A DNA stretch of 64,000 nt, taken from positions 32,001-96,000 of the forward strand of contig CAWJJC010000012.1 of the NCBI GenBank assembly GCA_963843145.1. The letters run 5' to 3'. The notes under the pieces were generated by a model. It made no database searches, was not told the DNA's origin, and was given only the letters and a program-made list of their open reading frames with translations. The number at the start of each line of letters is the position of its first letter. The first letter of the stretch is position 1. Positions 19,170-27,927 of the stretch are shown in pieces. The translations under genes and the position numbers were made by a program. This DNA comes from an uncultured delta proteobacterium (GTDB lineage Bacteria; Desulfobacterota; RBG-13-43-22).

Positions 19170-21305
19170 ATGACCGACGGTTTCAAAGACATCGAAAAAC
19201 TTGAGACCGCCCTTTGGGAGGCGGCGGACAACCTGCGGGCCAATTCCAAGCTTACTTCCAGCGACTACTTCATGCCGGTCTTGGGGGTGATCTTCCTCCG
19301 TCACGCCGCGAACCGTTTCGAGGAGGCCAGACGGCAGATCGAGGAGGATCAGGCGGCCGGCCGGATGCCCAAACGAAAAGTGGTGCCGGCCGATTATCTG
19401 CGCCGCCGCGCCCTCTGGCTTCCCGAGACCGCCCGTTATGACTGGATCATGGAGCAGGCCGCCGTCGGCGGCAGCGACCTTCCCGGCCTGGTGTCCGAAG
19501 CTATGACCGCCATCGAGGAGGCCTTCGAGCCGCTGCAGGGTGTCCTTCCCAAAGATTACGGGATCTTCGAGCCCAAGGTGCTGGAAGACCTGATGCGGCT
19601 CTTCAACAGCGAACAGATCAAACAGGCCACCGGCGATGTCTTCGGCCGCATCTATGAATACTTCCTGGCCAAGTTTTCCGTCCAGAAAGCCCACGATAAC
19701 GGGGAGTTCTTCACCCCCTCCTCCCTGGTCCAGACCATCGTCAATGTCATCGAGCCCGATCACGGCACCGTTTTCGACCTGGCCTGCGGTTCGGGGGGCA
19801 TGTTCGTCCAATCCAGCCACTTCATCGAACAGGAGGGCGGCGATACGGCCAAGAAGGTGGTTTTTTATGGCCAGGAGAAAAACCGCGACACCATCCGCAT
19901 CGCCCAGATGAACCTGGCCGTCCACGGGCTGGAAGGGAAGATTGCCGAGGCCATCACCTATTACCAGGACGAGTATGCCCTGGCCGGCAAGTGCGATTTT
20001 GTGATGGCCAATCCGCCTTTCAATGTCGATCTGGTGGATGCCGAACGGATCAAGATCGACCCGCGCCTGCCTTTCGGGCTGCCGGGAGTGAACAAGCAGA
20101 AGAAGGTCTCCAACGGGAACTATCTCTGGATTTCCTATTTCTGGAGCTACCTGAACGAAAAGGGCCGGGCCGGGTTTGTCATGTCTTCCCAGGCCTCCAG
20201 CGCCGGGCACGGCGAGAAGGAAGTCCGGCGAAAGATTATCGAGACCGGAGATGTGGACGTGATGATTTCCATCCGCTCCAATTTTTTTTACACCCGAACC
20301 GTCCCCTGCGAGCTGTGGCACTTCGACCGGGCGAAGCCGCCTGAACGCAAAGACAAGGTGCTGATGCTCGATGCCCGGAATATCTACCGCAAGGTCACCC
20401 GCAAGATCAATGACTTCTCTCCGGAGCAGATGCGTAACCTTTCGGCCATCGTTTGGCTCTATCGGGGTCAGTCCGATCGGTTCCTGGCGCTGGTGAAGGA
20501 TTACCTGCATTCCGTTTGTGACGAATGCGCAGCCATACCGGATAAACTTGCCGACTTTGAAAAAGAACTGGCCGATCTGGACGGGCGTATTGTGATTCTC
20601 GAAAAGGCCGTTGAAGAAGCCGATTCCGTTGAGGACGAGAAGAAAAAGACCCTGGCTGAGGCGAGTACGGAACTCCACGAAACTGAAAAATCTTACGAAA
20701 TCGACAGGAACAATCTGCTGGCCGATCTCCGGGGTTTCCTTAAACGGTTTGCCGCACCATTACCGGAAAAAAATGAATCGCAACACAAAGCCCGACGGAT
20801 ATTCGAACCGATTGCCGAACGGATCAAGGGGCTGATCAAGCAGGTGGATCTGCTCTACAAGTTGGCCGCCCGGGTGGCCGATCTGGGAACGGATCTCCCT
20901 CTCCCTTTGGGAGAGGGCCGGGGTGAGGGTGGAACGGCAATCGATATTCGTTCTATCCGGCGTTCCTTGAAGCAGCTCGACGAGGGGCGAAAGGCGGCCG
21001 TCGAACAGCTCAAGCAAGCCGTATATTTTCACCGACAGGTGATCTGGCTGCAGGCCCGCTTCCCCAAGGCAGAGTTGGAAGACGTGCCGGGGCTCGTAAG
21101 GCTAGTGGATGTCAAGGAAATAGAAGCGGCCGACTGGAGTCTGACCCCGGGCCGATTTGTAGGCGTGGCGCCTTCAGAAGAGGACGAGGATTTCGATTTC
21201 GAGGCCACTATGCGAGACATCCATAGCGAGCTGGCCGACCTCAACAAAGAGGCGGCGGAGCTGGCAGCAAAAATCCAGGCAAACTTTGAGGAATTGGGGA
21301 TATGA
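19170..21305 (+). CDS. hsdM: Type I R-M methyltransferase subunit
   Basis: LWEAADNLRANS, GEFFTP, DLACGSGGM, NPPF (m6A motif IV). Confidence 0.95.
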   Translation: MTDGFKDIEKLETALWEAADNLRANSKLTSSDYFMPVLGVIFLRHAANRFEEARRQIEEDQAAGRMPKRKVVPADYLRRRALWLPETARYDWIMEQAAVGGSDLPGLVSEAMTAIEEAFEPLQGVLPKDYGIFEPKVLEDLMRLFNSEQIKQATGDVFGRIYEYFLAKFSVQKAHDNGEFFTPSSLVQTIVNVIEPDHGTVFDLACGSGGMFVQSSHFIEQEGGDTAKKVVFYGQEKNRDTIRIAQMNLAVHGLEGKIAEAITYYQDEYALAGKCDFVMANPPFNVDLVDAERIKIDPRLPFGLPGVNKQKKVSNGNYLWISYFWSYLNEKGRAGFVMSSQASSAGHGEKEVRRKIIETGDVDVMISIRSNFFYTRTVPCELWHFDRAKPPERKDKVLMLDARNIYRKVTRKINDFSPEQMRNLSAIVWLYRGQSDRFLALVKDYLHSVCDECAAIPDKLADFEKELADLDGRIVILEKAVEEADSVEDEKKKTLAEASTELHETEKSYEIDRNNLLADLRGFLKRFAAPLPEKNESQHKARRIFEPIAERIKGLIKQVDLLYKLAARVADLGTDLPLPLGEGRGEGGTAIDIRSIRRSLKQLDEGRKAAVEQLKQAVYFHRQVIWLQARFPKAELEDVPGLVRLVDVKEIEAADWSLTPGRFVGVAPSEEDEDFDFEATMRDIHSELADLNKEAAELAAKIQANFEELGI

Positions 21306-22528
21306 GTGGTCAAGTTTGGAGCACCGTTCGTCTTGGCAACCATTGTTCGAAAATTGGAAGTGGAGTGACGCCAAGAGGCGGTGAATCTGTCTATCAGGAG
21401 AGAGGAGTATCCTTGATTCGGAGTCAAAACGTTTATAATGGCCATTTCTTGACCGATGGGCTCGCGTATCTTGGGGAAGATCACGCTGAACAACTTAAAG
21501 GGGTGACCGTTGAAGATGGCGACATTTTGCTTAATATCACGGGCGATTCTGTCGCACGATGCTGCCGAGTCCCTGAAGCCATTCTTCCCGCTCGAGTAAA
21601 TCAACACGTTTCCATAATCCGCCTGAAACCTGAAGACTTCGATTCTCGCTTCGTGGGTTACTTCCTCATCTCTCCCTTTATGCAAGACACAATGCTGTCT
21701 TTTGCAGGAAGCGGCGGCACTCGCAAGGCCCTTACCAAAGAGATGATTGAACGCTTTGAGTTGCCAAAGCCTCCGCGACCAGTGCAGAAGAAAATCGTCG
21801 ACATTCTCTCGGCCTACGACGACCTGATCGAGAATAACCGGCGGCGGATGGCGCTGCTGGAGGAGGTGGCGCGACAGCTTTATCAGGAGTGGTTTGTCCG
21901 CCTCCGCTTCCCCGGCCACGAGCACACCCGGATTATTGATGGCGTGCCGGAAGGGTGGGAACGAAAAACTGCCTTTGATTCCCTTCAAATTCTGAGTGGT
22001 GGAACTCCCAAAACAACTGTGGCAGATTATTGGGGTGGTGAGATCCCCTTCTATACCCCAAAAGATGCTGTTAGCGGTGTTTGGGTAATCGATTGTGAAC
22101 GAGGTGTAACGGAGCTTGGGCTTAAGAACTGTAATAGCAAATTATATCCCAAAGAAACTGTTTTCATTTCGGCACGTGGGACAGTAGGAAAAATCAATAT
22201 GGCGCAAAGGCCCATGGTAATGAGCCAATCCTGCTACGCATTAATCGGTAAAAACGGTTTGACGCAACCATTCGTCTACTTGTCAATGGAAGCCGGGATT
22301 GACGCTTTGCGTCAACAAGCAGCCGGGGCAGTCTTTGATGCTATCATCGTAGACACTTTTAAGCGTATTGACTTGATTGTTCCAAAGAGGAAAATTGTAT
22401 CCCAGTTTGATTTAATCATTCGACCTTTACTGGACCAGTTGGAGAACCTAGCCATTCAGAACCTAAAACTACGTACCGCCCGTGATATACTTCTCCCTCG
22501 TTTGATGAATGGGGAGATTGTGGTATAA
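21302..22528 (+). CDS. hsdS: Type I R-M specificity subunit
   Basis: Two TRDs with conserved linkers (YDDLIENNRRR; RDILLPRLMNGEI); 4-nt overlap with hsdM. Confidence 0.93.
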   Translation: MSGQVWSTVRLGNHCSKIGSGVTPRGGESVYQERGVSLIRSQNVYNGHFLTDGLAYLGEDHAEQLKGVTVEDGDILLNITGDSVARCCRVPEAILPARVNQHVSIIRLKPEDFDSRFVGYFLISPFMQDTMLSFAGSGGTRKALTKEMIERFELPKPPRPVQKKIVDILSAYDDLIENNRRRMALLEEVARQLYQEWFVRLRFPGHEHTRIIDGVPEGWERKTAFDSLQILSGGTPKTTVADYWGGEIPFYTPKDAVSGVWVIDCERGVTELGLKNCNSKLYPKETVFISARGTVGKINMAQRPMVMSQSCYALIGKNGLTQPFVYLSMEAGIDALRQQAAGAVFDAIIVDTFKRIDLIVPKRKIVSQFDLIIRPLLDQLENLAIQNLKLRTARDILLPRLMNGEIVV

Positions 22529-22549
22529 CGCTGTTACTGCTGAAGAAGG

Positions 22550-23722
22550 ATGGCGTCTATGAATAACCTATACAAGCTTAAAATTGAGGGGTTCAAATCT
22601 ATACGAAATCAGGAGCTTGAGTTTGCCCCCCTTAATGTTTTTATCGGCGGTAACGGGGCCGGCAAATCCAATCTAGTCAGCCTATTCCATTTCCTTCGGC
22701 GGATAGTCGACCAAGAGCTTCAAACATATACCGGTGAAGCAGGGGGGGCTAACGCCATACTTTACTTCGGTCGAAAGAGGACCGAAAAAATCTCCACGAG
22801 AATTGAATTCCGGTCGGGCAGCGATGCGAATATATATGAGTTTATTTTAATTCCAACGGATGAAGACCGGTTCATCTTTGAAAAGGAAAGCACTTATTAT
22901 TGGGCAACGAACCGATATGATGACCCCTACTTAGCCAATTCTTGGAAAGGTCACAAAGAGGCTCGAATTACCGATGAGAAAAATCCCGTCGCCGCTTATG
23001 TACGTAGCCATCTGGAGAGCTATCGTATCTATCATTTTCATGATACCAGTCCTTCCGCTTTGGTAAAACAGACCGGGGATGTGGCCGACAATCGGTTTTT
23101 GCGCCCCGATGCAGGCAATCTCGCCGCCTTCCTTTATAGGCTTCAGCAAAAACAACCTGATCATTTTGAAAATATCGAAGATACGATAAGACAGGTGGCG
23201 CCTTTTTGGGGCCGTTTCAGGCTGGAACCTTCCCTCTTAAATCCTGACAAAATTCGTCTCGAATGGGAAGAAAAGGGAAGCGATATCTATTTCAATGCCT
23301 CAGCGCTCTCCGATGGCACCTTGCGGTTCATCTGCCTCTCGACCCTACTCCTTCAGCCGTCCCTTCCTTCTCTCATTCTCATCGACGAGCCGGAGCTGGG
23401 GCTTCACCCGGCTTCTATTCAGGTGCTTGCAGGTCTTCTTCAGTCTGCCGCAACCAGGACCCAATTGATCGTAGCCACCCAGTCAGTGACCCTGATCAAT
23501 CAATTGCAACCGGAGCAGGTGTGGATAGTGGACCGGGAGGATGGCCAGAGCGTTTTTCGCCACTTAAAGTCGGCTGACATGTCGGAATGGCTCGAAAAGA
23601 ATATTGCGCCTCCTCCCGGCATACCAGAAGACCGTTCATGGTCCACTGGTAACCAGACGCATAGGTTTGGAAACATTACGACGCGAATGCCGGCACTTCA
23701 ACGACTGGCTTTTAAAGCTTGA
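22550..23722 (+). CDS. AAA_21/ABC-type ATPase with aberrant C-terminus
   Basis: IEGFKSI, GGNGAGKSN, LSDGTLRF, IDEPELGLHP, ATQS. Confidence 0.88.
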   Translation: MASMNNLYKLKIEGFKSIRNQELEFAPLNVFIGGNGAGKSNLVSLFHFLRRIVDQELQTYTGEAGGANAILYFGRKRTEKISTRIEFRSGSDANIYEFILIPTDEDRFIFEKESTYYWATNRYDDPYLANSWKGHKEARITDEKNPVAAYVRSHLESYRIYHFHDTSPSALVKQTGDVADNRFLRPDAGNLAAFLYRLQQKQPDHFENIEDTIRQVAPFWGRFRLEPSLLNPDKIRLEWEEKGSDIYFNASALSDGTLRFICLSTLLLQPSLPSLILIDEPELGLHPASIQVLAGLLQSAATRTQLIVATQSVTLINQLQPEQVWIVDREDGQSVFRHLKSADMSEWLEKNIAPPPGIPEDRSWSTGNQTHRFGNITTRMPALQRLAFKA

Positions 23723-23732
23723 AAGTATTTAG
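23592..23732 (+). pseudogene. C-terminal remnant of a DUF4276-like partner of the ATPase
   Basis: An alternative frame reads SKRILRLLPAYQKTVHGPLVTRRIGLETLRRECRHFNDWLLKLESI*, matching the family C-terminus as I recall it. Confidence 0.7.
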
Positions 23733-23747
23733 GATCAAAAGTCTTAG

Positions 23748-26700
23748 ATGATCACCGACATCAACAGCGAAGACCGTCTGGTCCAGCAGACGTTTGCCGA
23801 GCATCTGCACGATGAACTCGGCTGGGACAGCGTCTATGCCTGGAACCAGGAGACTTTCGGACCTAACGGAACCCTCGGGCGGACCAGTGAACGCGAAGCG
23901 ATTCTGATGGGTGATCTGCAAAGGGCGTTGGTCGACCTAAATCAGGAATTGCCGGAAACGGCCCGGGATCAGGCGATAGAAAAACTTACCCGAGTGAACT
24001 ATTCCCGATCGCTGGTGCAGCATAACCGGGAGTTCTATGGTTTCCTCCGAAATGGCGTCCCGGTGGATTGGCGCGGTGCCCAAGGGGAGACGAAACACTC
24101 CCGGGCGCGGGTGATCGATTTCCGGAATGCGGACAACAACCGGTTTCTCGCGGTTCGGGAACTAAAATTCCAGGGAATGCGGGTCCCCCACTATAATGTC
24201 CGGGCGGACCTGGTCTGCTTTGTCAACGGCTTACCGGTGGTTTTCATTGAGCTGAAGGCAGTTTACCGGAACATCCGGCAGGGGTTCGACAATAACCTTT
24301 CCTGGTACCTCGACCCGAACGTCGTTCCCCAGGCTTTCTATCACAACGCCTTTCTTATCGTCAGCAATGGTGATCATGCCCGTTATGGATCTATAACCAG
24401 CCGCTGGGATCATTTTGTCGAGTGGAAGCGAAATTCAGAAAATGAAAAAGGCCGCATGGAGGCCGAAGCCCTGCTGGAAGGGATGCTCGCCAAGGAGAAT
24501 TTACTCGATATTATTGAGAATTTTATTCTGTTTGACGACAGTCGGCCCGGCGGAACCCGGAAGATCATCGCCCGAAACCACCAGGTGCTGGGGGTGAATA
24601 ACGCCGTCGCCTCGGTCCAGCGGCAGGAAGACCTTAAGGTGGAGTTTCCAATGGACCGAAGGCTTCTTTCTTATACTTATACCGTTCCTGTATCCGAGAT
24701 AAAAATCGCCGCGGAAGAAGGTAAAGGAGGGGGCTCCGCATTGATCCTCAAGGATAGAAACCTGGAGGAACTGCCCCTGGTGAAGCGGGCGCATCCGGAC
24801 CTTGGCCGGTTGGGGGTTTTCTGGCATACCCAGGGCAGCGGCAAATCCTATTCCATGGTATTTTTTACCGAGAAAGTCCGACGGGTAGTACCGGGGAACT
24901 TCACTTTTGTCATCATGACCGACCGGGATGATCTGGATGATCAGATCTGGAGGACCTTTATCGGTTGCAGGGCGGCGGATGAGAAGAATCCGCGAGCCAA
25001 GTCTGGTGACGACCTCAAAACACTCCTTTCTGAAAACCATCGTTTTATTTTCAGCCTGATCCACAAGTTCAACCAGGAGGTTACCGAACCGTATAGCGAC
25101 CGGGACGACATCATCGTCATCTCGGACGAAGCCCATCGGACCCAGGCCGGGAAATTTGCCCGCCATATGCGATTGGCGTTGCCGAACGCCTCTTTCATCG
25201 GTTTTACCGGCACCCCGCTGTTCAAACACGACCATTTGACCAAACGCATATTCGGAGGATATGTCTCGCGCTACGACTTCAAACGTTCTGAGGAGGACAA
25301 TTCAACCGTCAGGCTGGTATACGAAAATCGGGGAGAGAAGTTGGGTATTGCCCGTCTCGACCTGAACGATCGAATCGCTTCGAAGATAGAGGAGGCGGAG
25401 CTGGATCCGGATCAGGACGCGTTGTTGCATAAATTGCTGGGTCAGGATTATGAGGTCATAACGGCCGATGATCGACTAGATAAACTGGCTAAGGATTTTG
25501 TCGAGCATTGCTCCACCCGGTGGGAATCCGGCAAATCGATGCTGGTTTGTATTGACAAGATCACCTGTGGCCGGATGTATCAAAGGATCAGGCCCCGCTG
25601 GGAGGCCAAACTGACGGTTCTTAAAACCGCTATCCGGGAAAAGGAAACGGAATTAGCCAATTGTTCGGACCCGGACGAAATACAGCGGATAGACAGGGAT
25701 CTTGAAAAACTGCGGGGACAAGTGGGTTGGATGGGGACCACCATCATCGAGTTCGTCATCAGTGAAGCGCAACACGAAGTGCGCGATTTTAAGAAGTGGG
25801 GGATCGATATCATTCCTCATCGGGAGGTTATAAAGACAGGTTTCCAAACGCCGGACGGTAAGCGGGTGGCCGTGGATGATGCCTTTAAAGATCCGGAGCA
25901 TCCTTTCCGAATCGCCATCGTTTGCGCCATGTGGCTGACCGGCTTTGACGTGGAATGTCTGTCCACCCTTTATATCGACAAGCCCATGAAGGCCCACACC
26001 CTGATGCAGGCCATCGCCCGGGCCAACCGGGTGTATCCGGGGAAGGACTGCGGCGTGATCGTCGATTACAGCGGAATGCTCAAAAGTCTGCGGGAGGCCT
26101 TGGCCCAGTATGCCTTGGGAGACGATGAGCAGGAAGAAACAGGAGGTGAACTGGTTGCCCCGATTGAAGAACTGGTAATGGCCCTGGTTCAGGCGCTGGA
26201 GTCGGCGGAAAATCATCTCCGGGCCCTGGGGTTTGAACCAACAAGGCTGAAAGGGGCCAAGGGATTTGATCGGATTCAGGCTCTACGTGACGCCGTGGAA
26301 GCCCTTTATTCATCGGACGAAGCCAAGCGCCGGTTTGAAATTATGGCCCGACAGGTCTTTATTCGATTTAAAGCGTTGCTGATGGAGCCCAGTGCCTTTC
26401 CCTATATCGAACGGCACGATAATATCGAAACGATCTATAAAAAACTGGAGGAAAAAAGAGATACGGCTGATGTAACCGAGATTTTGAAAGAACTGCACCG
26501 GATCGTCAACGAAGCCATTCGGGCCCAGGAACCGGGGGGTGATCATGCCGAAGGGTTGACCGTGGACCTGAGCCGGATCGACTTTGAAAGGCTGCGCGAT
26601 GAATTCGCCAAAAAGGTAAAACGAAAAAATACCGCCTTGCAGGACATCCGGGAGATTGTGGAAAAGAAGCTCCTGCAGATGATGGCCCGAAATCCCCAAC

Positions 26701-27164
26701 GGATGGACTATTACAAAAAATATCAGGAGATTATCGCTGACTATAATAGAGAAAAGGACCGGGTGACCGTAGAGGAGACCTTTGCCAGGCTATTTGATCT
26801 GGCCAACAAACTGGATGCCGAACAAAAGCGGGCGGTTCAGGAAGGGTTGAGTGAGGATGAGTTGGCCTTGTTCGATCTGCTTTTTAGAGATAATATCGGA
26901 AAGGCAGACCGGGAAAAGCTCAAGCAGGCCAGCAAGACCCTCTTGGTTTCGCTCCAGGAATTGATCAAGCCTATGCCGACCTGGACGCAAAACTCCCAGA
27001 CCCAAGCGGAGGTCAAGGTCATGGTCCTCGATACCCTTTGGGAAAAACTACCGCGGCCGCCCTTTACTGAAGAGGATACGGAAATTCTTTCCGAAAGAGT
27101 ATATGATTTCGTCTGGCAGCAGAGTGCGAGGGGACGGTTCATGGAAAATATGAGGGCCGCTTAA
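23748..27164 (+). CDS. hsdR: Type I R-M restriction subunit
   Basis: ADLVCFVNGLPVVFIELK nuclease, WHTQGSGKS, DEAHR, FTGTP, MWLTGFD, QAIARANR. Confidence 0.95.
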   Translation: MITDINSEDRLVQQTFAEHLHDELGWDSVYAWNQETFGPNGTLGRTSEREAILMGDLQRALVDLNQELPETARDQAIEKLTRVNYSRSLVQHNREFYGFLRNGVPVDWRGAQGETKHSRARVIDFRNADNNRFLAVRELKFQGMRVPHYNVRADLVCFVNGLPVVFIELKAVYRNIRQGFDNNLSWYLDPNVVPQAFYHNAFLIVSNGDHARYGSITSRWDHFVEWKRNSENEKGRMEAEALLEGMLAKENLLDIIENFILFDDSRPGGTRKIIARNHQVLGVNNAVASVQRQEDLKVEFPMDRRLLSYTYTVPVSEIKIAAEEGKGGGSALILKDRNLEELPLVKRAHPDLGRLGVFWHTQGSGKSYSMVFFTEKVRRVVPGNFTFVIMTDRDDLDDQIWRTFIGCRAADEKNPRAKSGDDLKTLLSENHRFIFSLIHKFNQEVTEPYSDRDDIIVISDEAHRTQAGKFARHMRLALPNASFIGFTGTPLFKHDHLTKRIFGGYVSRYDFKRSEEDNSTVRLVYENRGEKLGIARLDLNDRIASKIEEAELDPDQDALLHKLLGQDYEVITADDRLDKLAKDFVEHCSTRWESGKSMLVCIDKITCGRMYQRIRPRWEAKLTVLKTAIREKETELANCSDPDEIQRIDRDLEKLRGQVGWMGTTIIEFVISEAQHEVRDFKKWGIDIIPHREVIKTGFQTPDGKRVAVDDAFKDPEHPFRIAIVCAMWLTGFDVECLSTLYIDKPMKAHTLMQAIARANRVYPGKDCGVIVDYSGMLKSLREALAQYALGDDEQEETGGELVAPIEELVMALVQALESAENHLRALGFEPTRLKGAKGFDRIQALRDAVEALYSSDEAKRRFEIMARQVFIRFKALLMEPSAFPYIERHDNIETIYKKLEEKRDTADVTEILKELHRIVNEAIRAQEPGGDHAEGLTVDLSRIDFERLRDEFAKKVKRKNTALQDIREIVEKKLLQMMARNPQRMDYYKKYQEIIADYNREKDRVTVEETFARLFDLANKLDAEQKRAVQEGLSEDELALFDLLFRDNIGKADREKLKQASKTLLVSLQELIKPMPTWTQNSQTQAEVKVMVLDTLWEKLPRPPFTEEDTEILSERVYDFVWQQSARGRFMENMRAA

Positions 27165-27278
27165 GGACTTAGAAAATGGGGCTATTCCGGGTTCTCCAAA
27201 TAAATTTCGATAATCAAAACAAGAAGTTGACAATAATGGCAACCTGTGCAAAAAAAGCACAAGTTGTTTGAATGGACA

Positions 27279-27426
27279 GCCGTTCGGCGCGGTAGAAATC
27301 GAGCTGGGCAATCCGGTGGTCTTAATCGTCCCCAATAATTCCGGGAAGACCTCGGCCTTGCAGGCCCTGGCGCTTTGGGAGATCGGCCCCAAGAAATGGA
27401 ATGAAAAACGCAAAGACAAATCGGCG
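27279..27426 (+). pseudogene. 5' fragment of a paralogue of the ATPase gene at 27928
   Basis: 148-bp segment, about 90% identical by eye to 27960-28107. Confidence 0.85.
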
Positions 27427-27458
27427 AGGCGCACTCCAAACGAAGGGGGGGTATTTAA

Positions 27459-27776
27459 TTGGTCAATGAAGAACTGCTAAAGATTGTCGTAAAGCGATTG
27501 GCGGATAATTTCCACCCCCAAAAAATAATCCTTTTTGGATCCCAAGCCAAAGGAACGGCGGATGATCGCAGCGATGTTGACCTTCTGGTCATCTGTTCGA
27601 TCAAAGGGCCCCGAAGGGGGAAAATGGTGGCTATGGATCGTTCCCTGCGGGGGTTGGGGTTGGCCAGGGATATTATTCTTCTTACGCCGGAAGAGTATGA
27701 GCGGGACCGCCTCATACCGGGGACCATCGCCCGGCCGGCATGGCAGGAAGGGAAAGTTCTGTATGAATCCCAGTGA
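27459..27776 (+). CDS. Minimal nucleotidyltransferase (MNT antitoxin)
   Basis: IILFGSQAKG...SDVDLLV motif. Confidence 0.9.
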   Translation: MVNEELLKIVVKRLADNFHPQKIILFGSQAKGTADDRSDVDLLVICSIKGPRRGKMVAMDRSLRGLGLARDIILLTPEEYERDRLIPGTIARPAWQEGKVLYESQ

Positions 27777-27889
27777 CGAAGAAATCCGCTAAGAAAGTCA
27801 AAAAATGGATGGGGTTTGGGGATGAAGACCTGAAGCTGGCCCGCCATGCGCTTACCTTGTCGAGCGGAATTCCCTTATTAACACGCTAA
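27763..27889 (+). pseudogene. Truncated HEPN-domain toxin
   Basis: MNPSDEEI/AKKVKKWMGFGDEDLKLARHAL, a typical HEPN N-terminal helix, stops after about 40 codons. Confidence 0.65.
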
Positions 27890-27927
27890 TTCAAAGGCAT
27901 TTCTCCATATCTATTTGAGGTTTTTTT

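Noticed and set aside
19032-20678. 548-aa minus-strand ORF
   Set aside because: Antisense shadow of hsdM caused by GC-rich codon bias; no motifs. The same applies to the other long antisense ORFs over gspE, hsdR, the Mo enzyme and the SDR gene.
20460-21060. Long helical C-terminal extension of HsdM as a novel fusion
   Set aside because: Coiled-coil extensions occur in this HsdM subtype; only the palindromic insert is notable.
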